A DNA stretch of 64,000 bases from the NCBI RefSeq assembly GCF_044704955.1, contig NC_091993.1, positions 67,022,001 through 67,086,000 of the forward strand. The letters run 5' to 3'. The notes below the pieces were generated by a model. That model was given only the letters and a program-made list of their open reading frames with translations, did no database searches and was not told the origin of the DNA. The position numbers were made by a program, and so were the translations under genes. Positions within the stretch are counted from its first letter, which is position 1. Each line of letters opens with the position of its first letter. Source of the stretch: Pristiophorus japonicus (lineage: Eukaryota). Shown piece after piece: positions 12,501 to 23,507 of this stretch.

Positions 12501-15500
12501 TAGAATCATAGAATGGTTACAGCCGACTCTCAGCTTAGTCCCTCTCTCCTGCCCTTTTCCATAGCCCTGTCAAATTTTTCCTTCAGATACTTATCCAACT
12601 CCCTTTTGAAAGATAAGATTGAGTCTACCTCCACCACTCTTTCAGGCAGTGCATTCCATATTCCAACCATTCGGTGCGTAAAAAAGTTTTTTCTTACATT
12701 GCCTCTGGTACTTTTGCCAATTACCATAAATCTGTGTCCTCTGGAACGCGGTCCTTCTGCCAATGGAACAGTTTCTCTCTATCTACTCTGTCTAGATTCC
12801 TCATGATTTTGAACACCTCTATCAAATCTCCTCTTAATCTTCTCTGCTCCAAAGACAACAAACCCAGCTTTTCCAGTCGATCAACGTAACTGAAATCTCT
12901 CATTCCTAGAATCATTCTCATAAATCTTTTCTGCACCTTCTCTAAGGCCTTCATATCCTTCCTAAAATGTGGTGCCCAGAATTTGATGCAGTACTCCAGT
13001 TGGGGCCGAAACAATGGTTTATACAGATTTATAATTTCCACACTTTTATACTGTATGGGGCCGAAATTGCCCCTTGCTGGGTTTGGAGCACATAATTCAA
13101 ATTAACTGAAAAGTTAACGCCGGTCAAAATGGGCAGGATGAGGTTTGTAATTTCGACACTTCGTTCATAAAATCTGAGAGTTGCACTGTTGGAGCGCTAC
13201 ATGGCCTTCTCGTGGCAATGGAGGGGCGATTCAGGAGTGGTGGTACAAATGACCAGCCAATTTCAGGTGAGTTTGATTCACTCATAATGAGTCACTTGGT
13301 CATTGGGCTTCTGAAATGGGATGTCTTGCAGGTTTGTTCTGCTGATTGTCTTGTTCCTCACAAATCAGTAGCTGCTTGCTGAGGGCCATCATAGCAGCTG
13401 GGAGAGGCAGTACATGGGTGACCTTGATCTCCGACTGTGAATTGGAGACACTGGTAGTGGCAGTGGAAGTCAGGAGGTGCATCCTTTTCCCATCAGCTGG
13501 GAGGTCCGTTCCACAGCTTCTCAGAGCTATCTGGACAGACGTGGCTACCGAGGTGTCGGGCACCTCTGTCATTGACCACACACCCACACAGTGTCGCAAA
13601 AGGTTCTGTGACCTCACTCGTGTGGTGAAAGTGAGTACATGTTTCCACAATTTTTACAAGGCTGTGCAGACTCAGCAAACCAACATTTAACTCAGGATGT
13701 GTGCCTACTCACAATTATTGTCTCATTTGATGCTTTGCTCAGAATCACAGTTGCTTAAGCTGCCCATGCATTTCTTCCACACACATAAGTGCACTTTCTT
13801 TTGCAGGCCAAGATGGCACATAACAGGCTGCAGCAGCAGCAAACAGGAGGGGGGAGCCTGAACTGCATCAGCCCTCAGACCTGGAAGAGCGAGTACTTCA
13901 CCTTATGGGCCCACAGGTGGCCATCCCCATGGCAGTGGGGACTGCCAAGCCCATTGGGGCCAACATTGGTAAGTGAAAGCCTTCCTCTCATCCCACCTTC
14001 CATTTTAAGCAGAAGGCCTTATTTAGCCGCTCAACATTCTGACCACCTTTCTTCCTGCATGCCTACCCGCCTTCCCTCACCTTAACGCTACTCTTCAGGC
14101 AATGCCCCAAGAGCATCCCAGCCTGTACCTGAGCATTCCCCCAACCCAATCTACAGGGAGAAAAAATGGGGGAGGAGGATAGGGAGGAGGAGGAGGACAA
14201 TGCAAGCACCTCGTCACTGCTTCTCACACTCGCACGCACCAGCTCAGATACTGGGAGTACCCGGTCATTGCAGTTCAGTTTAGTAGAGGAGTCTGCATTG
14301 GGTGATGCACCGGGGCTTAGCGGGCTGCAGTAGGGTCAAGAGGTAAGGCAAGCTCGGGAGGCAGCTCCCCGGAGAGCGAGTTCACGCCCGAGTTCTGCTC
14401 TACAAGACTCAGATAAGGACCGCGTTGGGGAGGTTTCAACATAGGGTAAATGGCCTTGCACCCAGAAATGATAGGGGCAATGGCAAGGGTGCCGAAGAGC
14501 CTGTCACAAGTGGTAATGAGCATGGAGGAGTCCGCTCGCACATTGTAGACAGCTCTGTACACACCATGGAGCCCATCATTGCCAGTGTGCTGACGATGGT
14601 GGACTTCCAGTTGGAGTGTGTGCGGATCCAGACCTCATGAGGCATCTCATGGGCGATGTGGCAGCTTCTAATGGGGCACAGGCAGAAGCAACACGTTTTG
14701 GTGCTGCAATAGAGTCAATGGTTGCTTGCATAGATGCTCAGACTGCTCGCATGCAGTCTCAACATGATGCCATGCAAACCCTGACTGCTGCCATCACCTC
14801 TGGATCCATCACGGTCAACCGGGGATCACAAGGTGCCACAGCAGCTCAGCAATCTGTGCTCCATCGGATTGGTGCAGTTGCTTAGATGCTGCCCCAGGGT
14901 AGTGGCACTGGGCCAGTGGAGTAGGAATCCGCTGTCCTCTCTCAGGAGGACAGCATTTCTGATCCGACCACTGCCAGTCCATCATTGCATCTATCCACGG
15001 CTGTCACCCAGCCAGCCCAGACTGCCGCCGCCCAGCCTGAACTGCTATAATCTGCAGCCGGGCCTTCCAGGCTCAGAGCTGGTCAACGGCATCCTAGAAG
15101 GCCATCTGTAGTCTCTGGCCCATATACACAGCAGCCTTAGACCAGCCATGCTGCAGCCACTGCGGCGTAGTAGTAGAGTTAGTTTACGTAAAAGGGGATA
15201 TAAGGAGATGCACAAGGGTGAATGATATATGTTATGTTGTTGTTGCACTTTATGATGATAAATGTTGATTGTCATCTATATTGTTTGGTCTTGTATCTCA
15301 TTTCATTTGGTTATGGAAGGAAGGGTTCAGTGATGTGTTAATTGGGAGATACAATAGATGCAGAAGTGGCGTGGACCTTATTGGAACAGACACCTTATGA
15401 GATGGTCTCGGACCTCCCTTGCAGACTCAGGACATTGTCGGCGCATCCTTCCTGCCGGCTGTGCCTCCTCCTGCAGCTCCTCCTGCAGCTCCTGCTGTAC

Positions 15501-17105
15501 ATACTGCGGCATAGTAGTAGAGTAGATTCACGTAAAAGGGGATATAAGGAGATGCACAAGGGTGAATGAGATATCTTATGTTAATGTTGCACTTTTTGCA
15601 CATAAATGTTGATTTTCATCTTTACTGTTTGATCCTGTTTCTCATTTCAGTGTTGGGTATGTGCTATGGAAGGAAGGGCTCATTGATGTGTGTATGTGGA
15701 GTCACAAAGGAAGTGGTAAGTTGCGAGAACCTTATTGGAACCGAGATCTTATGAGACGGTCTTGGATCTCCCTTGCAGGATCAGGACGGTGTTGGCGCAT
15801 CCTCCTGCAGTTCCTCTTTCTCCTCCTGCAAGTCCTCCTCCTCCTGTTCCTGCTGCTCGTCCTCCTCCTGAGGTGCAACGGTTATGTCTTTGGGCAATGA
15901 CTGTGACCTCATGATTTTCAGGTTGTGAAGCATGCAGCAGACAACGAAGAAGGGCACCCAGTCAGGCGAGTACTGCAGGACTCCTCCTGAGTGGTCAAGG
16001 CTGTTCTCACCCTTGTTGGAGGCTCAAGGTCTGGCTGCAGCAAATAGCACATCTCCATCACCACGTCGTTTGTAAATTGCAGCCTTCAGACACACTGCTC
16101 CTCAGAAAAGTGAATGTAGGAAAACTGTTGGTCAAACACCCTAGGTGCATATGGCCTTCCGTTGCCATGTCTGTGCATTCGTTATTCTCTGCCCACATCC
16201 TCATTGACCTCCTGATGTTGGTCCTGATGTTGCTGTACCTGTGCATCCTTCTGCTGCTGTGCCTCTGCCTGCTGATCTTACTCCCTTGGCCTCTCCCTGC
16301 ACCTTTTCATCTGCCTCTATCTGTCCCCCTCCCTGTTCCTTTCTCTGATCCTTGGATCATAGCCCTCTCCATGGGCCTCTCCCAGTGTAAGTGCCTCTCC
16401 CAGTGGCAGCCTTTTGCTTTCCCTCTCCCGATGCCTCTGCCTGGCTAAATGATGGCGCTGTTGGCTTCTTCGAACCATCCTCCGATGGTGAAGATACAGG
16501 AGGCGGTCCACTGCCAGCATTGAGCCTATGATTTGCACAGAATGTTGTGCTATGCAAATGGAGCTGACTGAAGCAGGGGGAGTGATGCAAGCCAAAGGAA
16601 ACTGATGGTCACTAATCAATGTTGGCCGTGGCAAAACCAAAAAAACAAAAGTATTTCAAAGTGTCCAAAAATTTTGCTGACAAAAAATGATCTTGCCCAG
16701 CGTGCCATTAAATCTCACTGGTGCTGCAGCTTGACAACTTCAAACCGCATGGGCAAGCATTAGTTGGATGAGCACGGGGCAATTTATGCTTCCGATGAGG
16801 TCACAGGGCGATGCGCACGGTGATGACCTCATCATCACTGTGCACAGAGGAGCGTCGCAAGCGACGCCAGAGCAGTGCGCAAAGCCGTACCGCCATCGGC
16901 GAAGAGGTGGGCAAATCTGCACAGGTCAATGTGGCCGCCGCACCTGCGCACTAACTCATTAGTACACCGTTATCACCTGCCGCCGGCACTGCGCAAAGGG
17001 GCAATTTTGGCCCCCATATATTTATGAAACCGAGGATACCGTAAGCCTTTTTAACTGCTTTCTCAACCTGCCCTGCCACCTTCAGCAATTTCTGCACATT
17101 TACAT
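12501..17105 (-). mobile_element. CR1 LINE 3' fragment (12501-13056 and 17015-17105) split by a Harbinger
   Basis: tagaatcatagaa tail; ORF 12721..13041; continuation KAVKKAYGILGFIN in ORF 16951..17220. Confidence 0.82.
13057..17014 (+). mobile_element. PIF/Harbinger DNA transposon, family A copy 1: Myb-like gene (+) convergent with an internally deleted transposase (-)
   Basis: TIRs ggggccgaaattgcccctt / aaggggcaattttggcccc; flanks TAT/CAT. Myb exon WTDVATEVS..QCRKRFCDLTR with donor at 13631, exon 2 13807-13968. Transposase remnants about 16540-15730. Confidence 0.9.
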
Positions 17106-17106
17106 C

Positions 17107-17441
17107 CGAGCCAGGGTGTCCCTGGAGATGGAGCATGCGGTGTCCACCAGTACGTTCGCGGCCTTCCGCGAGAGGTGGGCGCTGGAGGGACTGGAGTGCA
17201 TCATCACCCCCGGCAACCAAATTTTAATTTGATTTTATGTCTAAATGATCATTTGTTTAATTGGCTGGTTTTAGTGCCCCCCCCCGCCCTTTTAGCCAGG
17301 GGGCATTTGTATAATTTGTGTTTCAGTGCCCCCCAAAAAACAAAAAAAGGGGCACTTGAAAAGTGTTTGGAGTGTTCCCCCCCCCCCTTTAATCAGGGGG
17401 CACTTGATTTAATGTTCATTTTGTTCACAACAAAAAAGTTG
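17107..17441 (+). mobile_element. Tx1/L1-like LINE 3' end
   Basis: ORF end RARVSLEMEHAVSTSTFAAFRERWALEGLECIITPGNQILI*, then a 3' UTR with repeated gtgccccc..gggggcac stems and an aaaaaagt end shared with 32354-32573. Clade call is from recall. Confidence 0.6.
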
Positions 17442-18269
17442 TCGTTGAATGTGGCATTGTACTCACCTTTCCTAACCTCATGAGTCATTAAAGCTCTTTC
17501 TTAATTGAATCCAGAACCATGCCACCACACTTCTGCTGCTCACCTCCACCGCAATCACTAGCCATGCATTCTTGGTCTCTAAGGCTGGCTTCTTCCTCCT
17601 GTCAGCATGGAATAACAAATCCCTGTGGGCCATAACTCCTTGTAGTAGGAGATTCAGGGAGGCATCAGTGAAGTAAGGAGAAGCTTTTGTACTTTGAGAC
17701 TGCAATTGTTTTGTCTCCCAGCAATGTTCCTCCCAGAAAGGTCTCTCCCAGAAAGGTCTCTTCAACCTCCACAAACCTTCAACTGCCATCTCTGCAGTGT
17801 TTCTTTAAATACCTGAGCTGAATTGGATCCATGCTTGACGTCATCACATCCACTCACATTAATTGACTGGGAAACCCGGAAGTTAGTTGCAAATGAAGTG
17901 GCTTCATTATAAAGCCACTGCTAACTGCCACGTGACCCAGGGCTCCCCCGTTCCCAGAGCGCAACAGGTAAAAATTCTGGCTAAACTTATTTTAAGGAGT
18001 GAGCAAAAGTACTGCTAATTTGTTACCCCAAAATTAATATTTTCATAAAGATGTCATAAATGTGGAAAATATATATATCACCAAGAACATGAAATGCTGC
18101 AATCAATGTTTCAGGCATTTGGTCCTTTCCCAAGACTAGGAGATATTAACAGATGAGCAGCATTTAAGGAAAACAACAAGAGAAAGGGGAAATGTTTCTT
18201 TTCCACTTTCCCCTTTCCCTTGTTGTGTTCCATTTAAATGCTGCTGATCTGTAATATCTTCTCGTCTTA

Positions 18270-18385
18270 AAGGCCAAAATCCTGAAATGTTGACTGCTTT
18301 GTTTGTCCACAGATCCTGCTTAACCTGCTGAGTATTTCCAGATTTTTCTGTTTTTATTTCCATATTTCCAGCATTTTGTTTTTTG
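18270..18385. repeat. Penelope-associated short repeat
   Basis: cctgaaatgttgac..ccacagat..cctgctgagtatttccag..tttctgtttttattt; reverse complement of 521-543/3092-3152. Confidence 0.6.
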
Positions 18386-19220
18386 TTCTTACTACACTTG
18401 AAGACTCTGTATGTACCACAAAATAAATGTTCTGAAGGCTATTTAAGAGCTCCTGCATCAATCAAGCTTCCCTCATATCTATTAAAAATGGACGCACAAA
18501 AGAAAAAAGCAAACTTGGCAAAAATATCAGGATATTGTAAGTGGCTTTCATTTAAATATTTTTATATTCAATCTGGCGCCTTAATGATGTTTTTGCATGA
18601 AATGGGCACTAGCACTTCAGCTGACTACTAAAAGAGTGGGGAATTGCAGCCCTGCAGAAATTGGTGCAGGGCCTCCACCCAATTCCCCATTCCATCTTTG
18701 TCAGTTGGCCATTTTCTCTCCCATGCACAGTACTGGGGAATTAGCTCTTTTGTTTCTCTCATGAACAATCTAATTGTGACTACCGAAATGAGGGACTCTA
18801 TTTTACAGAAAGTTATCAAAGTGGTTAGGAAATCAGTTTGAGAGAATCTTGATGGTTGGTTTCATATTCCTCAGTGGTGGCCACGAGTATTTTCTCATCA
18901 GATTCCTGGTCATCTGGAAGGAATGCCTAGTAACCAGAACATGGCAGGCATCTACCTCTCAGCTAATGCTACATCGTCCCAACTGCTATTAAACAATCAG
19001 ACAGCGTGAGGTCTGAAATGTTCGCTGGGTCATCTCATGACTCAGGACAAGAAGTTAATTGACCACACGAATCCCATGATGCCCTGAATGAGGCGTATTC
19101 GGCTACCATGATACTCTTCTTCTGCTGAGACTTAGGAGGAACAGTGAATTAGGAAGCAGAAGGTACACACCATGCATTATTACCAAGAGGAGGGCATCAG
19201 AAAAATAGTAATAACGCATA

Positions 19221-19612
19221 TCATAGAACTACAAAAGTTTACTAGCACAGAATAAGGTCATTCTGAGCCAGGTTGTTGCTAGAGCATTTCAACACTAATA
19301 CTACTGCCCTGCTTTCTTTCCATAGCTTTACCTTATTCATATTCAAATATTATTCCAATTTTCCTTCAACAGAAGCAATTGTTCCGGTCTCAATCACACC
19401 CTGTGGCAAAATATTGGTCTAACAACCCTGTGTCAATAAATATCTCTTCACTTCGTTCCTCACTTTCATAGTGTTAATTTTAAATTGATTTGACTCACCA
19501 ACCATATTCATTCTATTAAAACTCTTGATAATTTTAAAAGCCTCTATTGAATCTCCTAGGCCTCTCTGCTCTCATAGAAATAGTTCAAATGCCTCACGTC
19601 TCTCTCATAACT
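19221..19612 (-). mobile_element. Old, highly diverged CR1 3' fragment
   Basis: tcatagaa tail and decayed 3' UTR/ORF2 end resembling 546-1110. Confidence 0.5.
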
Positions 19613-21025
19613 ATAGGCTGGGAAATTATTCGTAACTGTTGCCGCAAAATGAAGGATTCATGGCTGTCTCCATGGCATCACCCATTCACTAACATGACTT
19701 GATGCTTGTGGGTCAACACCACATGCCATTAAAAGAATAGAAGCTGTTCCCATTTATATACACCATGGGTTTGTTGTTAAGGGCCTATACGACCACATGT
19801 ATGCCATCAATGAGGCCGTGAACGTTTGAGAAACATTCATCTGGTAAAAGTGATACGATGTCTCATCCTTTCCATGGGGAAAAGGATGAGAGTGTTCCCC
19901 TGGGGAAAAAAAGGCTATGTCAGTTGTTTGATGCATCAGTGCATGAAGACTGATTGATCTTGTGAATGCCTCTAGTAGTTGCTTGGAAGGAGTTGCTTGG
20001 ATAGAAATTCAATGCTGTGGTCATTTTCACGGACATGGGCAGAGTTATTCCTGTGGTGGAACTTTTATGTAGGCATTGCTGAACGAGACAGCATTACTCA
20101 GTCACAGGCTCTCTTGTGAGTCATAAATGAAGAAGGAAATCTCTCTAAACATACCGAGTGGATCCTGAGACAAGGGAAGTTATTACCAACTGTCTTTGGT
20201 CCCTCCATACAAACTCCATTTCTTCTTCCAAATCAAGGATTCCCATAGAAGTGCGATAAAAATCCTATATTTAAAAAAAAATGTTTGCTGCCTTTGAAAT
20301 AGCAACTATCAGCTTGACTGTTGTCAGTGTTTGGCACTATTTCTTTTGGATTTCAAGACTTTTTTGCACAGTCCTGTTCTGACAACAGTAACTAATGTGC
20401 TAAGGATAATGCAGAAACAGATATTTAAAAAGTGCAACACATCTGTAAAGAAGTAAACTCCCTCATAAAATGTATATGCAAATGTATACTTAAATATACA
20501 ATGGGTTCATAAGATATATATATGAATGTATAATAGCTTCATAAAAAAGCAATTCTTTTTTTTTAACTCCCAGAGACCAGAGCACCAAGCTTGAGTAGTG
20601 CCCGTTTTAAATGGGCAAGCAGCACTAAATGACTGACCTGGTGTAAACAATTGGTGACTTTAGTACAGGAACAATTTGTACAGGATTGTATGAAATTATG
20701 AGGTATAAAAAGGCCTCTAAAAAGCTGAATAATTTTGTGTCATTGAACTCATGCCATTCAATTTTGACACTCGGGTCTGCTTCACTGAGTCAGTGAGGTA
20801 CCTTTCCAGAATGTATGGGTGCACTTAGATTGCTTCACATCTGAATCAATCCTTATGTCTAATACTTAAGAAATTGAGAAATATTTTATGGCGATGTACA
20901 TTTCTTTAAATCTATTTTTACAAGAAACATATCAAAAAACCTGTCCCCATTTTGAAAATCACTTCTTATCTTATACGCCATATTGCCTGGCATTTCTATA
21001 ATATATATTCTGCAAAGTTTTATAC

Positions 21026-21088
21026 CTCTTGATTCAATTCTTCAGTTGACTTGTTCTTATTTTCTAGTTGCTTTTTCAAAGAGTTCAG
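21026..21088 (-). CDS. SYCP1: SYCP1 internal coding exon (63 nt, phase 0-0): LNSLKKQLENKNKSTEELNQE
   Basis: Acceptor ctcttgtaattctAG, donor GAG|GTataa. Strong resemblance to recalled CNNLRKQVENKNKYIEELQQE, the next segment in collinear order. Confidence 0.88.
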
Positions 21089-21324
21089 CTAGAATTACAA
21101 GAGTCATCATTTAAACTGTTACATATGGAACAACTGAAAATTAGGACAGTAGCACATTTGTTTTTGGACTAATTAAAATTTTAGATATACTTTACTCTGA
21201 TGTCTCGTGAAAACTAAACTGCAGAAGCAAAATAAGGACCAGAGAATATTTGCTTGCCTACCTTTGGTATGTTCGTATATTAATTGATCTTCCATGACAA
21301 TTCACACAGTAAGGCAGAGAATAT

Positions 21325-22639
21325 GGGGCTGAATTTTCGGCTCGTTTGCACCTCTTTTTGTGTCCCGGAGGGACGGTAATTGGTATATCTAGGCGTAATG
21401 CCGGGCACCCAGCTTTTACCACCCGGCCTGCAAATTCGACTCATGGTTTGCAGCAGCGCGAAGACTTACCGACCCGTCCTCTAGTTTCACTGAGATCATG
21501 ACGTCAATCTTCGTGCAACGCTCTGCTAGCACCTCAGATACAAAATTCGGCCCTAATGCCTCATTTAATGCCCGCCCCAGGAAACGTCTGAAAAACGAGG
21601 CATTCCTAAGGTGCAGCAGGCAGTATTGGCAGCATTTTTAAATAGAGGGATGAGGATCCTACAACGCAGGTCACATTAATTGCAACGGTTGCATACATCA
21701 CCGACTTGCGAACGGCACTTTTATCTGCCATTATAGTGCCCTTACAAGGTGAGTGAGGAAATTTTATGGGGTCATTACCAGTTTGCTAGCGTATCATGCT
21801 CCATGCTATTGCAAGGCGGCGTCAAGCTAGTAGAAAGACTCATTGCCATGTCGGCTCACGGATGAGAGGCCGAAGGTGTCTGGGGAGGAGGGCTTACGCC
21901 CCACGGGTTTACAGGCACCAATGCTCATACCTCCAGCTCGCTGATGAGCAGTGTGTGAGAAGGCTGTGCTTCCGAAAGGAAGTGCTGACATAGATTTGCC
22001 ATCTCCCATAGACTGGACCACTCTGGAGGCCGCCTTCATTACTCCCCTCAACAGGTATCCAAATTCATTGTAGCGTGCTGCATGTTGCACAACTTGGCCA
22101 TCATGAGGGGCCAGGCATGCCCACCTCAGGAGGAGGATGACGAAGAGGAGACTGGCGAGGCCTCCATTGGATAGCCACACCATCCACAGGGGAGGAAGCG
22201 TGGAGATGCTGCCGGACCAAGAGTCACATGTCACCAGCTCTTCTAAATGAAGGAAACTGAGGGTTGGGGCAAATACTGGACACGTTATGTGCCCCCATAA
22301 AAGCACATCTCTGGTGAACGTTGGAATGATGTACAAGACACCAATGGCAAATGATGTATCATAAATTTTACTGCAAAAAAGTCACAAAAACTTCCCCCAC
22401 CAAAATAAAACCATACAATATAGAATGTTATGTTGCAGGGCACTAAACAACATTGAAGTTCCTTAAATCAACAACACTTTTTTAATGCCGTGATTTTCGG
22501 CTCTTTGTGTAATGCCTGATTTTAAGTCTCTGATTTTTTGCCGAATTTTGCAGACAAGGGTGCAAATTTTTTCCAGCTCATATCAGGACTGCCGCCGCCA
22601 TTATCTCCCCGAAATCTCAAAAGCCGAAAATCCAGCTCA
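21325..22639 (+). mobile_element. Non-autonomous Harbinger with an internally deleted transposase
   Basis: TIRs gggctgaattttcggc / gccgaaaatccagctc. N-terminal RVYRHQCSYLQLADEQCVRRLCFRKEV joined directly to C-terminal LDHSGG..ACCMLHNLAI. Confidence 0.8.
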
Positions 22640-23507
22640 ATGTCTCTCCTTTACCTGTCACTGCTGTCTCTCACTCTCTCTACCACTTCTCCTCAGGTTT
22701 TGTCTTTTTCACTTTCTTCTATTTTTCTCCTCTTAACTCTTACCTGCCTCCTTCTGATACTCTTGTTTATTTCTTCTTTTCATCATTTCAGGTGGGGTTG
22801 GTAGGTGTTATGGCTCATTTATAATATAAGCTGCCGATTTAAATTTGTTACACTGTAGTGGAGCCATTGTACTGGTGGTGTAATTACAATGTGCCAAGTT
22901 TACACGAGCAGTTTTATTCCAAATATGGACATAGGAATTTATGACTGAAACATAACAATAAGGACAGAATGTGTGCCTTTAAAGTGCATGCCCTGGTACA
23001 ACTATCGCTGCCTTCTATATCTGCTTCACCTTAAGACTACATTTGGTCTTGATTCCCTGGGGGTGGAATTGGTCTTGACCTCAATGGAAAAGGTACTCGA
23101 GCGAGGCATAAAATGGTCAGTTGATTCTCTATTGTCCATTTTGCACTATTGCCCAAGAGCAATTTCATACCACCTCTTGTGCAATGCTTCAAAAGATCCG
23201 TAATATATATAAAATATTGTCAACACCCTAAAAATGTGAAATTATATAGGATGCTGTCCTTGTAAGAAACGTCCACCTTGCACAGTTAGATGACCTTTCC
23301 TACTCTGCTGCATATCATGGAAATGACAGCACAGAAGGTCATTCAATCCATCATGCTTGTGATGGTGCTAACTCTTTAACTGGAGCTGACAAAATAGATT
23401 CTCTAATACCAGATCAGTTTACTTTCGATGGCAGAAATGGACGCAAAGCTCACTATGGCCCTTACGGCTAAGGGGTATGGAGAGAAAGTAGGAAAGGGGT
23501 ACTAAGG

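Larger units (their letters stand above)
11762..17982 (-). mobile_element. Old Harbinger-derived element with only a spliced Myb/SANT-like gene; its intron 1 holds CR1, another Harbinger and a Tx1-like fragment
   Basis: Imperfect TIRs ggccggaattttaac / gtaaaaattctggct. Exon 1 about 17789-17467 (AWLVIAVEVSS..WIQLRKSFND, donor GTgagt); exon 2 from 12410 (EKRAQNTRKWQRTRGGPP); acidic exon 3 near 12100. Confidence 0.65.

Noticed and set aside
17731-17760. 15-bp tandem repeat tcccagaaaggtctc x2
   Set aside because: A local slippage duplication inside a dead Myb exon, with no sign of function.
18255-18300. Hammerhead ribozyme in the Penelope-associated repeats (also 3120-3170)
   Set aside because: A GAAA box is present but no CUGANGA core at the expected position; at most a decayed relic.
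20337-20378. Possible next SYCP1 exon NRTVQKSLEIQKK
   Set aside because: In-frame TAG after 13 codons, weak acceptor and no donor at the expected length.
22640-22800. Pyrimidine-rich tract with a minus-strand GCAG|GTAAGA donor as a SYCP1 exon
   Set aside because: No good acceptor, phase 1 end incompatible with the neighbours, and exons 40931 and 21088 already join collinearly.
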